From Tubiluchus corallicola (lineage: Eukaryota > Animalia > Priapulida), in the NCBI GenBank assembly GCA_030141605.1, contig JAQGDQ010000089.1:248001-312000 (forward strand): a stretch of 64,000 nt of DNA, read 5' to 3'. Below the pieces are notes generated by a model. That model was not told the DNA's origin, ran no database searches, and saw nothing but the letters and a program-made list of their open reading frames with translations. The translations under genes and the position numbers were made by a program. Shown here piece after piece: positions 11,301 through 58,611 of this stretch (within the stretch, counting starts at the first letter, position 1; each line of letters starts with the position of its first letter).

Positions 11301-14300
11301 AGAACAAAAAAATTATATTTACATTAGAGTTTTAATAATATCAATGACACTTAGAAACTGTTAACATCGGAATAAGTTCTTACGGTAGAAAAGAACTGAC
11401 GTGTGATAAATTCTTTTCTTGGGTGCAAGGTATTCTGTTTGCACAGAAATGAGAAAACTTCGCCTCTTTGGGGGAGATTATACTGCTTGTGTCATGTGAA
11501 TTTCATTGTCTCATAACTCGTGGATAAATTATTCATGTGCCAATTATTCAGCAAACAAACTAGCAAGTAATAACACAAGTTAAGATGGATACATATTTGC
11601 ATCCTGTAATGGCATTACGCACTGAATTGATTGCCCACTTTGTTGCTGACCAGACAAACACGTTTGTAGCAAAACTATTCACATTTTTATTAATTATTTT
11701 GATTATGACTGTGTTTGCCAGAAGCTCATGTATACAGGTAACTCAGCTGGCAGAGCATGAGAGTACTCCCAGGTTTTGGCTTCAAATCCTGACTAGTCCA
11801 TAATTTTTCAGCATCTCCTTTCTCCAACTCATTACCCGCAATGGGTAATTGTTAAAATAAACTGCATGGTTTATAAACATTCTTGCAAACAGAGTCATAT
11901 CTAATTAATTAATTATATAATTAGTTGCTAGCTAATTTGAGAAAAAACTATTCACATTTTTCTGTGTTATTTTTATTTTTACCCCAAAAAAGACTCGATG
12001 TGTGAATATTTCAGTATTTCTTTCAAATAAAACCTAGTAAGAAAAGTGGGCTCTTTTTGTGCACATGAGCATTTAGGAAAAGTTTCAATATTTTTCAGTT
12101 TGCAGGTTTAGAAGCATGTGTAATATCAGTTCTTGATCATGACCGGTATTTTGTTTTTCAGTCCGTACTTTGAAAAGAAAGAATTGTTTGATAATTTACT
12201 CTGGAGACAAAAACGTGCTCTGCAGGAAAAATGTAGCAAAGTGCAAGCAGCTAAACGAAGATACGCAGATGCTCTAAACAATCTAGAACAGGTAATCTTT
12301 TCTTCTTGAATTTGATGTTTATGGATTTTTGGGTCTTCTGAACGTTATTAATCTTGTTATATATATATATATATATATATATATGTTATATATCTTGTTG
12401 TTTTTAGAATCATGTTCTGAGGCTAAAAAATCTATTTTCACTTTCTCCTAATAGCTCCGAAAGAGCTCCAAAGTGGAGTAAATGTTTTGGCTCCCGTTTC
12501 TCTGCTTTGAATACCACTGCTAAGATATAATAAGCACTTGTCCAGCACCCCATCTTGAGCAGCTCTGATGGTTTTACTGCCTTCTCTTGTATCATTGAAC
12601 ATATTCTTGCAATTTAATTAAATATAACGGTGTAACACAAAACACACAAACGTATGACTAATTCTCCGAGCAAGATTTAAATTTCTAGTTATTGTGAATG
12701 TTTCTTGCATGTATTCAAAAGTTTGCACAAAATTGCTGAGAAATTGACTTAATGGGAAGTTTTCTTTCCTCAGATTTCAGAAGAAATTCACGAACAGCGA
12801 TTAGCTAGGAAACTACGTGAGCCGGGTGTTGGAGCTGATGAGGTGGAAGAGGTGGAGCTACCGTCACCATCTCATGATGAGATTCTGGCCATGAAGGAGC
12901 GTGCGAAGTCATTCCGTGAAGATCCAAAGGCTTTGTCTAACTGTGATCTCGGTATGAGATTTTTCATAGAGTATTAAATTATGCTTATTGATGAATTAAA
13001 AAGCTTTTGCTTGTTTAAAACCATTTCTAAACATTACAAATTACAGTAGGCGCCGCTTAATAGACTCAGTTTGGGACCGAAGTGTTTTGACCCAATTAAC
13101 TGACTGAACCTATTAGCCGATGGGTGTAGTATTACTGGTATAGAAGTATGAATCACCAGCTTAGTATGCACTGCAAAGGTTTTTAATGAATTTTAGAAAT
13201 GAAGTAATACCTAAATTCCTTTGTGCAGTTAAAAATCAAAAAAGTATTTTAAAATATTAATTTATATTAGTGATTAGCAATAAATTAAAAAGTATACTTT
13301 TCTAAATCGCACAAGTCTCTTGATTTGCAAAATTTACAAAAATTCCTTCAAAGTCGGCTGCTTCATTTTATCGCGAAGAAGTTGGCTCACAAAGTTCTCA
13401 TAATGATAAAAACTTTGAAAATCTGTTGCTGTGTGATGCACAAATTCTCATAAAATACTTGGCATGCTTAAACTGTTGGTGGTGCCCGTGTTTCCCCGCA
13501 AGTAGCTTCGTCTAAGTTCCCGCTTGCTATTGTGATGTACATACTGTACTGTACCTGTGTCCGTGGCATAACAGCAACATCTAACTAATCAAACTTTTTG
13601 GCAAAGACAGCCAGAGCTTTAAAAGCAAACAGCTAAGCAAGTGATTAAATGTTTAGCTTCCAGGAATTCTTGGGTAACGAGATTAATTGCAGTGGATGGG
13701 CGGGCCAAAGCAAACCATTAGGCTAGTCACACGAAAGTGTCTTATTGAAGCATGTGAAGCAAAAATATTGAATCATTTACCGACAGTTTTTATGTACATT
13801 TGAATAGAAGCGGCCTGTACAAGATGTTTTGAGTCAATTAAGCAATTGAATCTATTAACAGTGAGCCTGTTAAGCGGTGCCTACTGTATTTTTCAAGTTT
13901 TGTAACTTTGGTTTTTGATAAAATTCAGGCTAATTGAGTATATAAATGTATTCAACAATGTATGACCATTGAAAAACTTTTTAAAAGTTTTATTGGCTTA
14001 TAATGGTAATTATAGTCAAACTGTCCTGATCTGCGATTGTATTGAACTTGTACTCGTGTTCACTGTTCACATGTTGTTTTATAATTATGTAATTGAACGC
14101 AGCATATTGGCAATTACATTGTACGTTTGTTATACTCCTCATGACCTTTCTAGCATCATATAATTAAACTATTGTACTATTTCTATAGATAACCTATCAT
14201 TGTCTTTATCGAGTTTGCCAACTACGGATTCAAATGAACAGTTCGAATATTTAGAAGATGGCAGTACCGAAGCCATGGTTGCAGAAGGAGGTTGTGCGCT

Positions 14301-14802
14301 GGACAAACCCTGCTCGACTGATGTCACGCTTGTCAAGACTAGTCCTTTCTATGTCGGTTCAGTGGAAACTGTAAACGAACTCGATGACAAATGCGAATCA
14401 TCAGAACCCTCTACTTGTGATGAATCAAACCAAATAGTGAATACGGACACGGCTATGGCTGAGGAGCCGTCATTTTTCAATAAACTTCGTAGTCTGACCG
14501 TAGCAGCTGTACAGGAATTACCTATCCTCTCTAATCAACGACGTGCTACGATCATCGGTAGCGAGAATCTAGAAGCATCTAAGAAAACTGAACGAAGCCA
14601 GTCATTGAGTAGTGCCATTGTACTCAGTGTGAGTAGTTTAAGTGTAACGTCAAATCAGGAGGAATGCAAGAAAGACGATGTTGACCCTAGTAAAGTGCGT
14701 CGGCAAGGCAGTGGTGCTTCAATGGGAACACAAGAGCGCCGTGTGGCAAACCTCGGAAACGAGGACGATCAGGACTCCGATGAAACCGAACATTATATTT
14801 AG
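8199..14802 (+). CDS. SH3BP5: SH3 domain-binding protein 5 (Sab/Parcas, Rab11 GEF family), spliced, 5'-partial; exons 8199-8327, 8680-8847, 10575-10705, 12162-12291, 12774-12951, 14189-14802
   Basis: Six GT-AG exons join in frame. They carry family motifs KKVGKSIEKARPYYEAR, AAKETIFVAEQRL, FDTAWQQMINHATQK, LEKDLRAAINKSRPYFEKK and Y..AL.NLEQISEEIHEQR...REPGVGA. N-terminal exons were not found. Confidence 0.93.
8680..8847 (+). CDS. SH3BP5: SH3BP5 exon (168 nt, phase 0-0)
   Basis: ttcacag|...aag|gtaaat; AHREAQEAAIKYQRANGIHRAAKETIFVAEQRLLNMADKREFDTAWQQMINHATQK. Confidence 0.92.
10575..10705 (+). CDS. SH3BP5: SH3BP5 exon (131 nt, phase 0-2)
   Basis: tttttag|...cg|gtgact; LNEAEIAKIVNEREHMTKSAIFVEAEHRLQKLEKDLRAAINKSR; not in the ORF track. 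Confidence 0.9.
11737..11800 (+). mobile_element. Degenerate tRNA-derived SINE head
   Basis: A-box-like GTAACTCAGCTGGCAGAGC and B-box-like GGCTTCAAATCCT at tRNA-like spacing; no intact cloverleaf. Confidence 0.5.
12162..12291 (+). CDS. SH3BP5: SH3BP5 exon (130 nt, phase 2-0)
   Basis: ttttcag|...cag|gtaatc; PYFEKKELFDNLLWRQKRALQEKCSKVQAAKRRYADALNNLEQ. Confidence 0.9.
12359..12384. repeat. (AT)n microsatellite
   Basis: Run of AT dinucleotides. Confidence 0.9.
12774..12951 (+). CDS. SH3BP5: SH3BP5 exon (178 nt, phase 0-1)
   Basis: ttcctcag|...g|gtatga; ISEEIHEQRLARKLREPGVGADEVEE... Confidence 0.88.
13044..13886 (-). mobile_element. Internally deleted pogo/Tigger DNA transposon in the last SH3BP5 intron
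   Basis: TA|CAGTAGGCGCCGCTTAATAGACTCA ... TGAGCCTGTTAAGCGGTGCCTACTG|TA; minus-strand remnant ...QLLRDKMKQPTLKEFL* resembles the Tigger transposase C-terminus. Confidence 0.88.
14189..14802 (+). CDS. SH3BP5: SH3BP5 terminal coding exon (acidic/Ser-rich tail, TAG stop)
   Basis: ttctatag| acceptor in phase 1 runs into the 200-aa ORF 14200-14802; a T-rich, 3'UTR-like sequence follows. Confidence 0.8.
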
Positions 14803-17189
14803 TACAGCATTGTTCGGTGCAATACAGAGGTGACTCGACATTTTTATTAATCTTCCAGTGATTTGGCATCATCTCATTTCGTGGTGCAGAAGAAGTGGGC
14901 TGAGTGAATTACCTCCACATTTTATGTGATCCAACATGCCAAAATGTTTAAGTGACTTACAAATGTTATAGTGTTGTCTTAACAACAGAGTTGTTCGGGG
15001 AAAAAATGTCTTAATCTGTTGAAGCTGTTTTCTCAAATGCCATTAGTGTTATCTTAAAACTGTTATCAGCATTGGAAAAATAGGAGTGTTTTATTTTTAG
15101 CAATTTAAGCTTTTATGATTGTTTTAGAAGAATCAGCTTTGTTATTTTTGAGTAGCAGACTACCAGGTTTTAGTAAGTGTGTTTATACAGAATGTAATTT
15201 GATACATTTTGTTCTGTTTTGTTGATACCATTACACTAGACCTGTTGCATTTATATTCGATTATTTTTATTGTTTACTGCAGTTTTAAGTGTTACTTTTT
15301 TGCTGCCCATTTCTAATTTCATTTCTTTGCAATGCATGGTTTCTGCTTCGCTAGTTTAGTACCGCGTCGCAATTACTTATACACATTTTAGAAATTAACA
15401 GATCCTTTCTAAAACATCTTTGTTCCGGCGTTTTGGTCTTCCTTGACATTGTTCATCAGTTGTTAAGTAACCGTAAAAATAGGACCCACTGGAACCAACA
15501 ATTAAGAGAGATCTATTCATAAATCTATGAAGTAAATGTTAAGTAGCCTTACTACTTGGTCCAATAAAGAACATTCCTAGCAAAAAAACAAAATGTCGTG
15601 GTTTATGATTCTTTTTGAATATAATCACTAATTTACTTTTTTGCCCAGTAGTTGTAAGAATCTATATGCAATGTACTAAATTATATCTAAAAATGGCAAT
15701 ATTTCTGTTACTTGTTAAGGTACTCTTTTAAACTTACACTATGGCTTGTTTAAGTTGTTTGTGCACATTGTAATGATAAGCTGAATAAGTTGACTGTGAT
15801 ACAGATTATACTAATTTATATCATGTTTTAATGGCTTATGAAGGCAATTTATGAATTGTTTTCTGTTAAAGTTGTCAATTCTAATAGAAATTCTACATAA
15901 AAAAATTATTGCCAATAGATGACCCCTTTGGGAGGTAGGTTAAACCAATAAAAATTCACCTTATTGCGTCAGTGCAAATTAGTGTTAATAACAAGTTTTT
16001 TTGATTAATTTGTATCCTGACAACGTAGCAAAACCTAATGGTAAATTGATTTAAATTTGTATTATTATTACAGGACTCCATTTGATTATTTTAATAGTGT
16101 TTGTGGTGCATTGAATTATCATCATCTTTGTCAGATGATTATCTTTGATAATGCGCCAACTTCCAGTCCTACCACAACTATCTACATTAGTAGGCCGGAT
16201 ACTGGATCCGAGTTTCCAGTGTTAATTTGTATAAAAAATTTTTACCTGTGTAGTTTACTTAAAATTTTAAGAAAAGCCACTTCCCGCCAGGGCCACCTAG
16301 TGAGTAATTTTACCAAGTTCTCATTTTATGCAGTTAATATTTGTGCTGAATTTTTTTAGCATCCAAAACTATCAGACATTTTGATTACCAGTAATTTTAA
16401 CTGTCAAGCTTAACTGTGAACGCTTTAAATTTAGGTGACTTTTAAATCAGGTGCTAATTGAGATTTAGTGGGTATTTCATAATCTGCTGCACTGTATTTT
16501 GAATGAAATCTTAAATTAAACTTATAATTGGCTTTTTGACCTGCAGTTATGCATTGCGAACTTATGTGAGAAAGTGGTATTTGCAGAGCTAAACGTATTG
16601 TACCAATTAATTGCAGAAGATCAGGTAGTAAAATTAACAAGTATTAAAACTTTTGTAAATTTTATATGTAAACAAATGATTAATTACTCAATGATCAAAA
16701 ATTATGCATATAATTAAAAAAATTAATAAAAAAACTATATCTGTTATTCGTGGTGTTGGTATTTTTAATTAGTGTTTGAGTGATTCACTGATTCATGGCT
16801 ATTTATATGAAATTTAACGTTATTACAGTTAGTGCAGAGAAATATTTCAGACTTTAGTTACCATTGACTTCTATGTGAAATTTTGGCAAAATTTTGTTGA
16901 GGAATAATATGATAGTTTAACAAGCTGTAAAAAATATAAAACTAATCAAGCAGTTTTATGAATAATATCTCAAGTTTTACAGAGTCAATATAATCTCATA
17001 ATTTGGCAATAATCTCATAATCTCATAATGGCTAAGACACAACAACATGATAATCTATATCAATACATTTTGCCCTTCCCATAATGCCTTGCACAAAGAT
17101 TTCACTGCCACCTTGTAAAAGGCATGGTGGTAAAGGAAAACATCTACCACAATAGCTATTAAAATCAATAAGCCGAAGATTAATTAGTA

Positions 17190-17690
17190 CATTGATAACT
17201 AAGCGAATAAACACAGTTAAAGAGATTCATTGATAACTAAGCGAATAAACACAGTTAAAGAGATTCATTGATAACTAAGTGAATAAACACAGTTAGAGAT
17301 TCATTGATAACTAAGCGAATAAACAGTTAGAGATTCATTGATAACTAAGCAAATAAACACAGCCAAGATTCATTGGCTTAGTAAAAAATTACTAAAAAAC
17401 TATTTATGATTTTAGATTCTTTACTTTGCATGCGAGTAACAAGAGATTCATTGGCTTAGTAAAAAATTACTAAAAAACTATTTATGATTTTAGATTCTTT
17501 ACTTTGCATGCGAGTAACAAGAGATTCATTGGCTTAGTAAAAAATTACTAAAAAACTATTTATGATTTTAGATTTTTTACTTCTTTTTACTTCACATGCG
17601 AGTAACAACAGATTCATTGGCTTAGTAAAAAATTACTAAAAAACTATTTATGATTTTAGATTCTTTATTTCACATGTGAGTAACAAGAAT
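17190..17690. repeat. Compound minisatellite: 5 x 34-38 bp (17190-17370), then 4 x about 78 bp (17371-17690)
   Basis: Units CATTGATAACTAAGCGAATAAACACAGTTAAAGAGATT and CATTGGCTTAGTAAAAAATTACT...GAGTAACAAGAGATT. Confidence 0.92.
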
Positions 17691-19915
17691 TCTCAGATTA
17701 AAGTAAAAAGGCTGAAGGAAATTACATAATTACTACGAACTAACAAATAAACACGTGTTTGCAGCATGATGTTGTGTAACAAAGAGTGCAAACTTGACAA
17801 ACACTGTATTGGAAGCCCATACATTTTGCGTCTCCTTTAAAAAATTGTATAAGTGCAATGAGTATTAAAACTGTTAAAGGACAATAAAAGATTTAAGCAA
17901 TAAAAATATCCAATCAGTCGATAAAATAGTTAAACGTAATCTTTATGCACTTTCTTATGTATTTATGAAGTTCCACGTGGCTTCCTAGGACTTACAGCTA
18001 TCACAAGGCTGGTGATTAGAAAAGAAAAGCAAAGAGAATTTGAAAATAAAAATTCTTAAATGCAAGTTATGATCACCAATATCCACTGAAAATATTTTAT
18101 AAAAGAAATAGTTCCTTGTTGTTTTAATCACTTGTTGTAAGTCAGCCATTTGCAGTGGAAGCAGCCTAAAACATTACAATATATTTTTAAAAATTATGTG
18201 CATCAGGCAACTGTAGTGTATAAGTATATTATAAAAGCTTTGTCATCTAAAAACTAATGCGCCATCTTTTGGCACAAGTTAGAACATTACAAGTACACAA
18301 AGTCTTACAAGGAGGAAACACGTGCATTGGATTACAAAGTTCATACATAAGTAAAAAGTGAATCCAAGTTTTTATATTTGCTAGTCAATTCAGACTCAGC
18401 AATCAAAATTGCGGCAAAGAACTTGGTGTAAATTGACGCTAATATAAATTTATGAAAGGACACACTACAAGGTATATAAACATGCGGTCAATTCATGCAG
18501 ATTTATCAGCTGCACAGAAAATGCCGCAATTTTCCGGCTTATCTGGACCACCATAACTTTTTTAGCTGATATCACTGTTGTACAAGTTGTACCATTTTTG
18601 GTGATCTGTAACAAGCAATGACTTGATCAACTCAGGTAAAAGAACATATGGCAGGATTTTGTTACGAAATAATGTAAAGATCTTTAATGCCAGATCTATG
18701 TATATATATAACAAAACGGTGCTATCCATCAAAAAGCCAATGTTTAACTGCTAAAATCTTGTTTAACATATCTCAGTCAAACATATTAACATTTGCTACA
18801 CGAAACTAGAACACAAATTGATCCGCAGAACAGGGCAGTAAAGCCGATGGCAGTGATCGTATTGAGTACCATAAATATAGGGACAGCCATAACGGCCATC
18901 ACCGGCGAGTAACATGAATGGACAGACAGAAATGCATAGTAAAAGAAATGAGGTTACTTTGAAAATGCCATAATCATCAATACAACAACAGGCTGCGTCC
19001 CAAAAGCGGTACGCATATAATATAAGTCATGTTAAAAATGCAGTAATCAACAGAATGCACAAGAAATAAAATTGTCCTACAGAATAAGTACATACATACT
19101 ATACAATCATTATATACGGTAGCACCGTTATATATTATGCTTATAGAACGATCATTATTATACACAAATGCACTATCCAATTCGTGTAGAAATCATGCTC
19201 TCTACATACACCTACACTTTGCTAGTTTATTTACACAGGAGCTTACATGGCTCAACAGGCAATTACCAACAGGATATCAAATGTACTTCTTTGATTAACA
19301 CAGTTTATCGTTAAGCTATCCTATTAGATTTCACCCTATCTCTCATATTATCTATAACACTAAGGCATGATTTAAAGAACAAACTGGCTAGTTAATATTA
19401 ATAATTGACACTACAGTATATCATCTACAGTATGGGACGGCTAACACTGTACATTATACATGGACCAAATATAACATGTAACATAACAAAATTACTTGGC
19501 ATGTGCACATTCTTTACAACAATAACTGCAGTGCCACGAAAAAGTTGATAAAACAGTTCTCAGGTACTTTGAAAAAAGAGAAACAAACACGTGCTTTTGT
19601 TGTATTTTATTTGAAGAAAAGCCGAAATGGGAGTAATTTAGTTTTCAAAAATACTACAATTTTTATATTAAAACACCACAGGCACTTTAAAAGGACTCTT
19701 GTGTGATGTGCATCCACTTAGCATACTAGAAATAGCTGAGAAGCATGCCCATATTTCCTTAGCACGCCACAAACAGTTGCATGAAAAGGATGATTATCAT
19801 AGACGTTCCTTGTCGTATATAACCATAAAGATGATAATCTAAAAAGTTAATGTCTACTAAAACATCGATGTGGCGGCATCAGACAGCAGTTCTCTAAACA
19901 GTAATATAAAAATGC

Positions 19916-20061
19916 TACAATCTGTATAAATAATTTCGGCGGTATTTATATATATACCGCCGAAATTAATTATACAGATTGTATATATATATATATATAT
20001 ACCGCCGAAATTAATTATACAGATTGTATATATATATATATATACGACCGAAATTAATTAT
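19916..20061. repeat. 68-bp near-perfect palindrome (19916-19983) plus tandem copies of its right arm separated by (TA)n
   Basis: TACAATCTGTATAAATAATTTCGGCGGTAT...ATACCGCCGAAATTAATTATACAGATTGTA. Confidence 0.9.
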
Positions 20062-20083
20062 GGACATATTATGGATGTATTAA

Positions 20084-20769
20084 TTATATATATATAAGAT
20101 TCGAGGCTACAGCTCCGACTGCGGCACCATTTGCGGTGATCTATATACCAAAGGAAGGGTCTCGATCTAGGGTGGTTTCATTGGGCCCACCGGGACAAAC
20201 CGGGGGCAAAAAACCTCCAAAAATGGCCATTTTTTTGCAAACTTATACCTCTTATTTCTGGAGAACGGGAATGGGCTTGGGGTGGTGCTGGCTATGGATA
20301 GATAGTCTGTGGATGGCGCTGGCTATGGATAGATAGATACCACGGCATCCCGTAACGGATGTTTTCCCGGACACAACTCCTGATTCTTTCGAAATTTTGA
20401 CCAAACTGCCTGCAGAAGAAACGTTCTAGCGGCACCTGGTGGGACTCTCGAACGGAGATATATAGCTCTTTAGAAAGAGGAGAAACAGGGCTACACGTTG
20501 ATGTGGGCTGCATTTTAGAATGCTTCCACTCTGAGGAGCTGTGATGAGTGATTGGAGGTTCCATTTTGGGCGATTTTCGCTTGGAAAACTGCTGATGCAA
20601 AGCCATTGTTCTGACGTCATCCATTATACTCTGTATATAACCTTATAACTTTAATTCAGTAAAAGCTGCTACTGGCTATGTGTTATAAATGAAGACTATG
20701 TAGAATGTGCGCACATTATTGATTATAAGTGTATTTATATGCAAAATTTTTTTGCGGGGCCTTTGCTAG
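20084..20769 (+). mobile_element. Non-autonomous Helitron-like element
   Basis: GC-richer block that starts in TATATATATAAG and ends with a short hairpin (GCAAAA-TTT-TTTTGC) about 10 nt before CTAG|T; internal GGCTATGGATAGATAG repeats; no TIR or TSD; the 5' TC is not clear. Confidence 0.55.
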
Positions 20770-21640
20770 TTTTTATATTAAAACACCACAGGCACTTTAG
20801 GACTCTTGTGTGATGTGCATCTACTTAGCATACTACAAATAGTTAAGAAGCATGCCCACATTTCCACATTTATTTTATAGTAGGGAGTCCTGGCATAAGG
20901 AGGCGAACAGAATCATGTTCTGGATGTATGATTCATTGGATGATGATGATGATAAGCAGTAATAAAATAAGTCATCATTGTGATGCCTGAGAACCGATAT
21001 CTATTAACTTTTAGTGGTCCAAAGTACCTCATAGAACACTGTAAAAATAAGTGAATAATATAGTTATTTTTGAATAAAAAGAGATAAAAACTCACATTTA
21101 CAATAGTAACAGTGTTAGTAATGTGGTCACTTTATTGCACTTGATGAGGATTCTGAAGTCTGGATCAAGTATGTGCAAGTTTCCAGGAAATTACAGTTCC
21201 TTGGAAGATTCTAAGGTTATAGCAAATTTTGATGGCATGTTTAGCGATCTTTGCCATGCCAGAAGGTATTTCACATACCGAATCCTTGTGCCATGTACTT
21301 TGCGCAAACTATAGTAAAAACAACCTTGTGCCAAAGAATTGGCATTCATCGTGCGTGTTCATAGTTCTCACCTGCGATGCACAAGTGTTCACATGACGTA
21401 AAACGGCTCAATATTGCACCTGAAAAAACATGTTCTACTCCCCACGTTTCCACAGCGAATAAATAAAATCCGACCTTTATATATATATATAGTGTAAAAA
21501 TATATAATAGCTATTTTACATGTTAGCTTATTTACAGTACAGCGTTGTCGCTGTCGGCAATGGTAAGGTGATGACAATGATGAAGATGATGACCGCAGCA
21601 GCAGTAACAATTCCTGCAGAATCAAACTGAATAACATAAT

Positions 21641-21829
21641 CTGTAAAAAACAAATCAATTAATAATTGTTTTATAAATTAGCTTAAAAAGTCAAACGAAT
21701 ATTCATATTTTATGAAAATTAAAAATGGCGTTTAGCACCGTTTGTGAACAGAACTCAGAATTGCAGTAGAAATGACAGGAAATACAATGAGAAATCTTTG
21801 ACACTCGCATAAGAAGACATCACACTTAC
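21641..21829 (-). other. Probable 3'UTR intron of the ADAMTS gene
   Basis: Consensus donor AAG|GTAAGT 14 nt after the stop; acceptor tttgttttttacag| 189 nt further on. Confidence 0.6.
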
Positions 21830-21843
21830 CTTTACTTTGAGGA

Positions 21844-58411
<36,568 letters not shown>

Positions 58412-58567
58412 CTGAAATAAAGGAAAAAATGTAGCAATACATCTGGTTAATTTTGTACACTTGACAAAAATGCTCGAACTTTTATTTTGTGATGTAAATA
58501 ATTTATGATATAATTTTTTATACGATATTTATGCTGATGTCAAGTAATTTAATCTAATCTCCTGTAT

Positions 58568-58611
58568 TCCAATCCAATCCAATCCAATCCAATCTAATCT
58601 AATCTAATCTA
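58568..58611. repeat. (CCAAT/CTAAT)n pentanucleotide microsatellite
   Basis: TCCAATCCAATCC...CTAATCTAATCT. Confidence 0.85.

Larger units (their letters stand above)
19661..20865 (+). repeat. Direct repeat pair of about 97 bp (19661-19758 and 20771-20865)
   Basis: TTTTATATTAAAACACCACAGGCACTTTA..GGACTCTTGTGTGATGTGCATC.ACTTAGCATACTA.AAATAG..AGAAGCATGCCCA.ATTTCC is present twice. Confidence 0.88.

Noticed and set aside
11737-11800. Functional tRNA gene
   Set aside because: A- and B-box-like motifs are present but no acceptor or anticodon stems can be formed; kept only as a SINE head.
17190-17690. CRISPR-like regular repeats
   Set aside because: The units are head-to-tail with no unique spacers, there are no cas genes, and the context is eukaryotic.
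21120-21340. Possible decayed LINE RT fragment on the minus strand
   Set aside because: The motif similarity is too fragmentary to support by eye.
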